From positions 1 to 17,919 of the forward strand of contig CAVXZB010000015.1 of assembly GCA_963765895.1 (NCBI GenBank): a stretch of 17,919 bases of DNA, read 5' to 3'. Positions within the stretch are counted from its first letter, which is position 1, and each line of letters begins with the position of its first letter. Shown in pieces: positions 9,491 to 17,919 of the stretch. The DNA is from an uncultured Nitrososphaeraceae archaeon. Its GTDB lineage: Archaea; Thermoproteota; Nitrososphaeria; Nitrososphaerales; Nitrososphaeraceae. Made by a program: the position numbers and the translations under genes. Under the pieces are notes generated by a model that saw only the letters and a list, made by a program, of their open reading frames with translations, searched no databases and was not told the origin of the DNA.

Positions 9491-9826
9491 TCATATATAA
9501 ACTAATCCAGCTGCCTTGGTAACATCAGAAACGTTTTGATATTCTTTATCCTCAATTTTTTCGAGTCTTGATAACAGATCGTCATCAAGACTTTGCTTTT
9601 GCACAAATTTTATTATCCTGTCTTTGTTTGTAGGAAATTCAAGATCTTTTAGTATCTGTCCCATAGAGGCAGCTTTTGAATAACTTTCTACATTTACTTG
9701 CTTTCTTTGACCTACTATTCCTCCCTGTTCGCTTATCACCTTTTCGACATCTCCAGAAACGTCTTCCTGTGGTACTTGTTCGGGATTTCCTCGTTTGCGA
9801 ATATTGTTATCGTTATCAGAGACCAT
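9491..9826 (-). CDS. DUF2795-like small protein
   Basis: C-terminal QILKDLEFPTNKDRIIKFV...LEKIEDKEYQNVSDVTKA fits the DUF2795 pattern (xxYPxxKxxL...LxxLxxxxYxxxxDV). The N-terminus is hydrophilic. Confidence 0.8.
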   Translation of the reverse strand: MVSDNDNNIRKRGNPEQVPQEDVSGDVEKVISEQGGIVGQRKQVNVESYSKAASMGQILKDLEFPTNKDRIIKFVQKQSLDDDLLSRLEKIEDKEYQNVSDVTKAAGLVYI

Positions 9827-10230
9827 GATTATCTACAATATTATGTGCATCATCCTTTTTTAGTCTTATAATTCATAAACAGAAATAGAATAAGACATTT
9901 GATTGAAACTATTGCCTGACATGAGAATGTAATTATAGATGCAACTGTAATAGTAAAATCAATTACTAGTAAGCTTGTTTATGGTATATCCAGAGGATGT
10001 AAAGACTTATATATAACATGCATAAAATGCTTATTTTCTCACATCATCCTGGCAATTTTTGGTTCTTGATATGGCCATAAGACAATAATAAATCACTATA
10101 GACAGAATGTTATGTAGGAGCTATAGATAATTCATCTCTAATGTTATCCATCAATTGCTGTGATTTTCTATGTGGATAACCTATTCTTTTACGAACTCCT
10201 TCCAATTTGCTTTGTCTGTGTTAGTAAAGT

Positions 10231-10572
10231 CTACCCCAATTTTCTTCTTCTTCTTCTTGCATATCGTAATTTTTTAATATTGTTATTACTAGCTAGAGAG
10301 CTAGATTCAACTGAGGAATGTAATGATGGAGCTGATTTGCTGTGGACTCTCTTTATATGCTCATTAAACTCATCAGCATTACGGAGAATTTTATAACATG
10401 ACTGACATTGATACAATTTGTCAACGTGGACGTTAATTTCATGCACAGTAAGCTCTATAGAGTTTAAAAATAGCATGCCACAGATTTTACATTTGTATGA
10501 TTTTGACTTCATTTCAAATTCAAGTTTTCTATTCTTCATGCTATATGCGTAATATCGTATTTGAGAATTCAT
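10231..10572 (-). CDS. Tandem C2H2 zinc-finger protein with basic C-terminal tail
   Basis: YKCKICGMLFLNSIELTVHEINVH and YQCQSCYKILRNADEFNEHIKRVH are both C-x2-C-x12-H-x4-H, followed by the tail KKLRYARRRRRKLG. The true start may be a downstream Met. Confidence 0.82.
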   Translation of the reverse strand: MNSQIRYYAYSMKNRKLEFEMKSKSYKCKICGMLFLNSIELTVHEINVHVDKLYQCQSCYKILRNADEFNEHIKRVHSKSAPSLHSSVESSSLASNNNIKKLRYARRRRRKLG

Positions 10573-10649
10573 TGTTTTTTAGCAGCACTAATATATTTTT
10601 ATCTAAAAGATAATTAAGTCATTTTATCTAGATTCAGAATAATTCATTA

Positions 10650-10675
10650 ATAATTGATAATTGATAATTGATAAT
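10650..10675. repeat. 7-bp tandem repeat (ATAATTG)x3 plus partial copy in a divergent intergenic region
   Basis: ATAATTG ATAATTG ATAATTG ATAAT. Confidence 0.75.
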
Positions 10676-10786
10676 CTGTTTGTGTCAGGTATTGAATATT
10701 AATAAATCTATTTGTAAATCAAATTCCTTACTTGCGACTACGTACATAATATATAATTAAATATTTTATTTTCCATAGATCTTAAT

Positions 10787-11014
10787 ATGTCGTCGTCATC
10801 ATCATCAACTGAATTAACAGATACAGCATATGATATACTGAAAGTAATGGGTAAGGATGCGGATTTTTTGTATGATACCATTGAAACTTATATTCAGGAT
10901 GCACAGAAAGCCAATAAATCAGAGTTAGTTGAAATTTGGAGAAAAATCAAAAAGGATAGAAAAGATCATATGCACTTGCTTAAAGAAGCTTTAGAAAAGG
11001 AGATTCATGGATGA
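10787..11014 (+). CDS. Small helical protein, possibly half-ferritin-like
   Basis: 75 aa with two amphipathic helices: YDILKVMGKDADFLYDTIETYIQDAQKA and ELVEIWRKIKKDRKDHMHLLKEAL (DxxxH). Confidence 0.75.
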   Translation: MSSSSSSTELTDTAYDILKVMGKDADFLYDTIETYIQDAQKANKSELVEIWRKIKKDRKDHMHLLKEALEKEIHG

Positions 11015-11505
11015 GAGATGGGGTACAGAAGATAAAAAATGAACTATGATTCAGTAAAGTTCTTGATCTTCTACACTTCAGTTAGGAAAAATTTTGTGAG
11101 ACATCTGAATAATGTATCATGAATTTACAATAATTTATTTTCTTGGATAGCTTGGAACTATTTGCTTTCCTTTTTATTTGTTAATATGGGATATGAACTT
11201 TAAAATAGGTAATCGAACAGGCTTTATAGAGCATAATTGCCTAGCACATTCTGAAACAAAGAAGTATAGCAACAATGTAAGCAGCTCATTCTGATTTTAT
11301 TACTATAATTACTAATGGTATTGATTCGGTTCACTCGGACCTTTTTTCAAATTCATTGCGCTGACTAAGCAGTGACAGCTGTTTCTCTACCGTATTAGTA
11401 ATATGGAAGAAACAAGTATTGCCTAGGCCGAGGCTAAATTAGTAAGAATTCGTATAATATATTGATTATTGTATAATTATAGTGTTGAAATGGTTTCCAA
11501 TATTC

Positions 11506-13329
11506 CTATATTGTTTCAAACTTGTTTCTGTACAGTGTCAAGCCTATTCTCTCTGAATATGGTTGACCTTTTGCGAAAGATTCTGATATCTTTTGAATAA
11601 ATTCTGATTTTGCTTTCGGTGGAACCATAGGTTCAAGTGGATCAACATATGCTTCGATTATTACTGGTTTTTTTCCGTGTCTTTGTGCATTGCCATTTTC
11701 ATAACTGGTTGTATGTCCTCTGATTTCTTTATAGTATAACCGTTTCCACCACAATTTTTAGCAAATCCCGCAAGGTCGATGGGTGTAAATTCGACGCCAT
11801 ACTCTGGGTTGCCAAGATAACCCATTTGCTCCCACCTAATCATTCCAAGGGTATTATTTTTTAAAATAATGACCTTAATGGGTAGATTATACTGGACAGC
11901 AGTTGCAAATTCTGCCATGAGCATCATAAAGCCGCCATCTCCCACAAATGCTACACATTGTCTTTCCGGGTATATCATCTGCGCAGCAATGGCATAAGGT
12001 AAACCACAAGCCATGGATGCAAGAGTACCGGAAACAGAAAATTTCATGCCATTTCTAACATTGATATGACGTGCAGCCCAGAAGGTACTTGTACCACTGT
12101 CGATAGAAATAATTGCATTGTCTTCTAATTCTTCTGAAACAGCTGCAGCTATTGCCTGAGGTTTAATAAGTTTATCATAAATAGTCTCACCACTATTATT
12201 ACTACGGTTTTGGAATGTCTCCAGCTTATTAATCCATTCTTTCATAGCTAGCTGTTTATCCAATAAAAATGAATTATTGCTATTTTTATTTTCTTTTTGT
12301 CCTTTATTATGACTATCAAGTAAGGGTATTAATGCAGAAAGAGTAATTCTAGAATCTCCTAAAAGACCAACTTCAACCGGATATCTAAGACCTATTCTCT
12401 CCGGCTTGATATCGATTTGAATACCCCTTGCCTGACCTGGTTTAGGAAGATAATCAATGTATGGAAATGACGTTCCTACCATAAGTAACGTGTCTGCTTC
12501 ATTCATAGCATCGGTAGCTGGTTCGGTTCCCAAAATACCTAATATGCCAATATTATATGGATTGTCATCTTCAACTACGGCCTTGCCCAACAGCGATTTT
12601 ACTATTGGGGCATTTAGTTTCTCTGCAATTGCAAGTACCTCATTTCTTGCATTTAGTGCCCCTTGTCCTATAAAGATTACAATTTTCTTTCCTGCATTTA
12701 GAATTTCAGCGGCATCTTTTAGTGTTTTTTGACTTGATGTCATAATATCAAAATTAATTAATTTATCTGAGGTATGTCCCGGTACCTTATGCTTCGAATA
12801 TTTACCCTCTAGTATTTTTTTCTTGAACATCAATCGGCATAGTAAAATGACTAACTCCTCTTTGAGAAAGAGCAGCTCTACAGGCCATATCGACAACCAT
12901 CTCAGCTTGTTCAGGTTTGTTTATTATATTGTTGTATACAGAAACATCTGAAAAGAGTTGTAACTGATCTACATCTTGTTGATATCCTGATCCCATTAAA
13001 TCTGAGGACGTTCTACCAGTAATTGCAACTACAGGAGTACCATCTAACTTCGCATCATACAACCCATTTAGAAGATGAATAGCACCGGGACCGGATGTAG
13101 CAAGACAAGCTCCTAATTTTCCAGTATATTTTGCGTATGCTGATGCCATAAAGGCTGCTGATTCCTCGTGCCGTACTAATACAAATTTTATTTTATCTTT
13201 TCTAGTCCGTAATGCTTCCATAAATCCATTTATTCCGTCACCAGGTAACCCAAAAATGGTATCTACTTTCCAATCAATAAGTGCTTCTGCAACGATATCT
13301 GCACAACGGAAGTTGTCATATTCAGCCAT
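11506..13329 (-). pseudogene. Pyruvate oxidase/PoxB-like thiamine-pyrophosphate enzyme, split by two frameshifts
   Basis: IFGLPGDGIN, VRHEE catalytic Glu, TSGPGAIHLLNGLYDAK, SGTLASMACGLPYAIA and the TPP motif GDGGF...NN, ending KPVIIEAYVDP. Frame breaks lie at A7 runs (plus-strand T 12815-12821 and T 11668-11674) with no other internal stops. Confidence 0.9.
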
Positions 13330-13560
13330 AACTTACTACGTAAAATATTGTACTGTATCAGTTATCTATGTTGGTGGGTTTACAATGATACATAATAATG
13401 CGTTGTAATTAATAAACAACGATATCTGCATTACTATTTTCATAATGATAAAGTAGGCGCTGGAGACGACCACTTATACTCTTATCTAGTAGGTTGTTTA
13501 TTATGGAAATGGTAGGATAGTTGATTAATCATTCCCTACAAAGACTGTATTAAAGATTCG

Positions 13561-13901
13561 GTAGATCCCGATACTGTTAATAATTTCCTTCGAGATTCAA
13601 ATATAGCAGCTAATAATGGTATTAGCAGCAATAATAATAATAACAATAACGAAAAGACTAAATTAGTTTATGGTATAAAAGAGGCAAGCAAAGCCATTTT
13701 AGACTTTACATCTAATGCGGACACCGCAATAGACGCTTGTCTAGACCTTACTGGATCGTCTGTTATGATGGGTGTTGACGCAATAAAAAATGAGAGACTA
13801 AAAGCCAAAAAAAAGAAGAGGAGTTAATTTCAGATATGTTACTGAGGTAACTTAAGGATAATCTCTCTTATTGTAAAGAGTTATCTGAATTTGCAGAGGT
13901 T
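13561..13901 (+). pseudogene. Remnant of the N-terminal sensor-type domain typical of Nitrososphaera histidine kinases
   Basis: Poly-Asn, then EKTKLVYG...ILDFTSNADTAIDACLDLTGSSV...AKK / RGVNFRYVTEVT / KDNLSYCKELSEFAEV. Frameshifts lie at the A8 run 13807-13814 and near 13852. There is no start codon and no kinase domain. Family assignment is from recollection of the RGVx.RY.TE.TK.N..YCKEL motif. Confidence 0.72.
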
Positions 13902-14044
13902 CCCTCTACCATTATTGAGCAAAGAACAACCAAAAAAAGTAAAGTGGGGATGGCAAAAGAAAGACTACAAAAAAACTATCATCCTCTGATGTGTAAAACC
14001 ATAATAGTACTATAAGCAAAAGACCTGTTCTCTTCCATATTGTA

Positions 14045-14519
14045 AAAAAGGCGAGGAAGACACTGAATATGCTGTAAACCTGATATATATCCTCCAGATC
14101 TTTATAATTAGAACTTTTATTTATTTATAGAACAATTAAGAGAGTATAGAAAAATTGGTGCTAGATCAATTATATCAGATTATAGAATGTAAGAAAAAGA
14201 AAACGTTACCTAATGGCAAATTGCCGAGATTACCATTCAATGATAAGAGCTTTGACTGGTACAAAAAGGGCATTTGCTCTTTACGTACAGCCACAGATTG
14301 ACTTTACATTCGTTTTGTCGTCTATATTGAGTTATTTATGGTATACTCTAGAGAAATTAGAATTTATCCCTTTACAAAAAATCGAGTTTAGAACCATATG
14401 AACAGATGATAGATTTACTATTTATACCAAAGAAACAGTATTGAATTACATATAATATTGTACCAATTCAATTTGAATTTCAGAAGGGTAGTAACACGAT
14501 GTTATGTTTGGCACATTAG
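14045..14519 (+). pseudogene. Class I SAM-dependent methyltransferase-like gene, heavily degraded C-terminal half
   Basis: Stitched frames read KGEEDTEY / PDLYN*NFY...EQLREYRK...ISDY / RYLMA / LPRLPFNDKSFD / GHLLFTYSHR / DFTFVLSSI / ELFMVYSREIRIYP / IVPIQFEFQKGSNTML. This matches the LPxLPFxDxxFD...HxLFxY...EVRIFP...EFQKG pattern. Confidence 0.75.
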
Positions 14520-14653
14520 GAACGATATGTAATATATCATCATTAATATTACATTATGGAGATTTATGTATATTAAATATCGTGTTTCAAGATAGCAGTC
14601 TGAAGTAAATAGGGATTGCAATACAACTGTTAGTTAAAAATAGATTCAGTCTC

Positions 14654-15226
14654 TTACTTCGATGTTAATGGTTTTGCTGTTGCATCTAATGTATATGTTA
14701 CAGTAAATGGTTGGCCGTCAGTTTTATGAAAGACAAGAGCGCTACCTGCAAATATAAAAGATCCGGTACTTATAGGAGTATTAGTAATTGTTACAGGAGT
14801 ATTAGAAAATATCGTCATTGGAGATAGAGCAATCCTAGTAGTATTATCGGTCCATTTACCAATGAGAGGTGCTCCGTGTCTGATATCTGGAATGACTTTG
14901 GGATCATATTTATGCTCTACCTCTACTTCGATAGGTTTACTAGCTGTAAAAGTAGCAGTACCTACCCAAATCTTTCCATCATCTCTTATTGGAAGAGCAA
15001 CTACTATCTGATGTGGGACAGACTGATTATTTGCCCGAGCATTTGGAGCTGGTACTGACATAGACGTATTCTGTACAGTTATTATGTCATGTAACATAGA
15101 AGTAGATAATTGCTGTGGCTCCGCAGCATCTACCTCATTGATGAATGCTTTGTTAGTCGATAATGGTAATAGCATCCCCAGAGACGTTAAAATAACCACA
15201 AGAATGGTTGTATTGCTGTTTAACAT
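14654..15226 (-). CDS. Exported hypothetical protein, probably beta-rich
   Basis: Signal-like ILVVILTSLGMLLPL...VDA|A and strand-like core HQIVVALPIRDDGKIWVGTATFTASKPIEVEV...FAGSALVFH...FTVTYTLDA. Confidence 0.85.
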   Translation of the reverse strand: MLNSNTTILVVILTSLGMLLPLSTNKAFINEVDAAEPQQLSTSMLHDIITVQNTSMSVPAPNARANNQSVPHQIVVALPIRDDGKIWVGTATFTASKPIEVEVEHKYDPKVIPDIRHGAPLIGKWTDNTTRIALSPMTIFSNTPVTITNTPISTGSFIFAGSALVFHKTDGQPFTVTYTLDATAKPLTSK

Positions 15227-15362
15227 AGGCTTGCTTTCTTTGTATTGAGCACCATACGCTCTGAGGAGGTATTAATTGTTTCTGCAGAAGCAGATGGTGT
15301 AATTCTATACTGCCTATTATAATTACGTGTAACTAGAAAAGGATTCTTCTCCAGTAATAGCT

Positions 15363-16061
15363 TCATACACTGTGTACTTTCATCTGATGTACCGGAGCTG
15401 AAGGTGAGAATGAAGATGAACTAAATGAATTTATCATTTTTTGAAATATGGGCATGTATGGTGAAGTTTCAGATGTATCGACATTAGCTAAGAGCATAAA
15501 TGCTTCAGCACCTTTCAATGACCATATTTCTGTTGTAGTGATTGGTAAGATGCCCTCCGTGTGCGTATATTCTATTTTATAGAGCGGTGAGCCTGTTGAA
15601 GTTATAAAAGGACCAGAGATTACTAAGTGAAAGTCTCGATACTGTGATTCAAGTGTTGAGATCCTTGTATTGCCGAAATTGTTTAAAGATGTAGCTTGGG
15701 AAGATAATCTGGTAGCAGATATCATTACATTCTCTAATACTCCTGAATCACGACTAGAAGGAGATACAAAACCAACAATAAACTCTTTCCCAAGCTTTAT
15801 TTTTTCCCAATCTGAGGGGTATTGAATTTTTATCCCATAAACAGGATCTTGATATGTCGGAAAAGATGTTGCTGGTGATATGTTATAATGGCTATCTGTA
15901 TGTGATGCAAGTGGGACAATATTCGCGTAATTATTATTATTATTATTATTGTCACTATTTCGAGAATATGAATAGGAATGCATAAGAATTACTGTTATCA
16001 ATACTGAAATTAGTGATAATGCAAATATAGAAAATATTGTGATACTTATTTTCTTTTGCAT
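15363..16061 (-). CDS. PsbP-like/Mog1 fold protein with N-terminal membrane anchor
   Basis: A TM helix and poly-Asn linker precede TYQDPVYGIKIQYPSDWEK, and the protein ends YMPIFQKMINSF, typical of PsbP-related domains. Confidence 0.85.
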   Translation of the reverse strand: MQKKISITIFSIFALSLISVLITVILMHSYSYSRNSDNNNNNNNYANIVPLASHTDSHYNISPATSFPTYQDPVYGIKIQYPSDWEKIKLGKEFIVGFVSPSSRDSGVLENVMISATRLSSQATSLNNFGNTRISTLESQYRDFHLVISGPFITSTGSPLYKIEYTHTEGILPITTTEIWSLKGAEAFMLLANVDTSETSPYMPIFQKMINSFSSSSFSPSAPVHQMKVHSV

Positions 16062-16764
16062 ACTTTTGCTATAGCTAACTCGTATAAAAAACTAACCTTT
16101 CGATTAGAAATATTAAGGAGCCAGTTTTGTTGCACTATTATAACGATCTCTGCTACCAGAACAATATCAGTTCAGACTGGTACAATCTTCTAAATGTGAT
16201 ATTTTAAAAGGAACTTAAGAAGGATCTGGCCTAGTAATATTATTTACCAAGTATGTAGTTGGAAGATTCAAATATGTTTTATACCATCGTTATCTATATC
16301 CATAGAATCAATATATTTTCTATGGCTGGTCATAGAATTTGATATAAATTTGCACTTAAATTCAGTCCTCTTGTATATACCAATGTTTGCATTCTTTACA
16401 ATAATGAAGATGATCAGACTCGAGCATCATATATGACAACCGATCTATAGATTTGTTTCATTTCAATTTTTCAGTGATTTGTCACTATCAGCTACCGCCT
16501 TACTACCAAAATTCTCAATTAAAGGATCTATATTAATTGAACTTTGATATCCTTGATCAATAGTGATGTGCATAGGAACAGCATATTATGGCATTTATAA
16601 TACTTTACTTAACTATGTTAAACAACAGCTTGTTTATGTTTTTAACATATACTGCACAATAAAAGAAAAAGAATCGTATATAACCAAATAAAAGAGTAGA
16701 CCTTTCAACGACGGTCGTTGTTACGATCGTAATTACTTAATATTTCAGATTGATACTAATTATT

Positions 16765-17037
16765 TTAGTGTACTCCTATTACATTTACTGCGTTACCATC
16801 TCCTTGTATTTGGCTGGCTAAGTTCTGACACTTGATGTTCAATGGAAGATTTCCATTTCCACATTCGTTTGCTTGAGCAATAGTCTGGCTTTGACTATTA
16901 CCACCACTACTGTCATGGCCTCTATATTTTTTGCACTTTGCAAATGCATCATGGCTTATTATTGATGATGTTATTAATACTGCAGATATTGCTATAACTG
17001 CAATAATAGAGATAATTTCACCTTTCGAAGTCATCAA
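16765..17037 (-). CDS. Small exported Gln/Asn/Gly-rich protein
   Basis: Signal peptide IISIIAVIAISAVLITSSII...AFA|K, then SQSQTIAQANECGNGNLPLNIKCQNLASQIQGDGNAVNV. Confidence 0.8.
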   Translation of the reverse strand: MMTSKGEIISIIAVIAISAVLITSSIISHDAFAKCKKYRGHDSSGGNSQSQTIAQANECGNGNLPLNIKCQNLASQIQGDGNAVNVIGVH

Positions 17038-17212
17038 CTACTAATTCTATTAACAAGATATCAATTTTAAGAAAACCATTATGCTATTTTAATACCAGTA
17101 CATCTCTCTAGAAGATGACCTATAAGGCATAACATCTTCTCATCTATTAATATTAATTGTATTATACATATAGAAGAAATAGAATAACAAACGCAATCCC
17201 TATTACAATTAT

Positions 17213-17512
17213 TTATGGGAATGGTAAGGTAAATGGCGTGTCATTTTCTGAGTCTCCATCATGACTCTCATGATTAAAATACTTTTTTGTGTGTTTCAGT
17301 GGAATAACTTCTCCATTGCCATCATTCCCAGATGGAGAATGAGCAAAGGAATTTGAGTCTTGGGAATTACACCACGATGGGGATCTGTCATCAGTGGTAC
17401 TTCCATCAGTACACTTTTTGGCTATGACGACATTTATCTGAGATGATATATATACCGACAAAATACTCGATAGCAGAAGAAGTAAAGTTATAGCCATTGC
17501 TAGATGTGACAT
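17213..17512 (-). CDS. Small exported protein with polar linker and C-terminal TPFTLPFP
   Basis: Signal peptide MAITLLLLLSSILSVYI...VIA|K, a Cys pair, an S/D/H/N-rich body and a hydrophobic Pro/Phe terminus. Confidence 0.78.
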   Translation of the reverse strand: MSHLAMAITLLLLLSSILSVYISSQINVVIAKKCTDGSTTDDRSPSWCNSQDSNSFAHSPSGNDGNGEVIPLKHTKKYFNHESHDGDSENDTPFTLPFP

Positions 17513-17919
17513 AATCCAGATAACTGAATTATTAGGAATATATCTCGTGGCCCTAATTGTTTGATTATTAATTACTATATCTGAAGTAAGTAAAATAATG
17601 CTGTATCTTTTTGCTTAGATTTTCTAATTGCATGCAGATGACCAACATCAACATTAAACCATGTAGCGATAGTACCTGACTCATTACAAGTATTTTGAGG
17701 AAAATAAGTTGATTTGTAACCCTTTTCTATATATCTGTAAGAGCACTCTTCGTATTGAGAATTTGAACGAAAATAGAATGACCATTACCATGAAATTTTT
17801 ACATTGAATAGGTGAACAGGCGAAAGATTAGTAAATTCTACATTTTTAAGCAGATAAATTCAAAAATCTTCTTTTACAAAAGTTATTGTAAGTAGACAAC
17901 ATATTTTGTGAGTTATTAT

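Noticed and set aside
10160-10396. 78-aa hydrophobic plus-strand ORF
   Set aside because: Its Leu runs are the antisense reading of the AGA/AAT repeats of the zinc-finger gene.
12457-12732. 91-aa plus-strand ORF
   Set aside because: Antisense shadow in the Pox-like gene.
14213-14401. 62-aa ORF as an independent gene
   Set aside because: One partial frame of the degraded methyltransferase.
14876-15058. 60-aa plus-strand ORF
   Set aside because: Antisense to the exported protein 14654-15226.
15928-15950. (TTA)n/(AAT)n microsatellites here and near 8079 and 13630
   Set aside because: In-frame poly-Asn linkers that recur in this window's proteins, not a separate element.

Overview
AT-rich accessory region that most likely comes from a soil ammonia-oxidising archaeon (Nitrososphaeraceae-like). 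This is inferred from the gene families, poly-Asn tracts and TATA boxes about 25 nt upstream of start codons. The left half is a cluster of redox/flavin enzymes, many decaying: a luciferase-like monooxygenase pseudogene, an exported alpha/beta hydrolase, an NmrA-like gene with an internal deletion, MsrA and thioredoxin-reductase-like scraps, two PPOX/F420-type genes, a patatin and SDR remnants. The middle holds small stress-type proteins (DUF2795-like, half-ferritin-like), a tandem C2H2 zinc-finger protein and a pyruvate-oxidase-like TPP enzyme split at two A7 runs. Next come histidine-kinase and methyltransferase remnants that the ORF track misses. The window ends with four co-oriented, intact genes for exported proteins, including a Gln/Asn-rich curlin-like peptide and one ending in TPFTLPFP. 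About 11 loci are disrupted. I found no rRNA, tRNA, CRISPR array or transposase. All family calls are from motif recognition by eye, not database searches.
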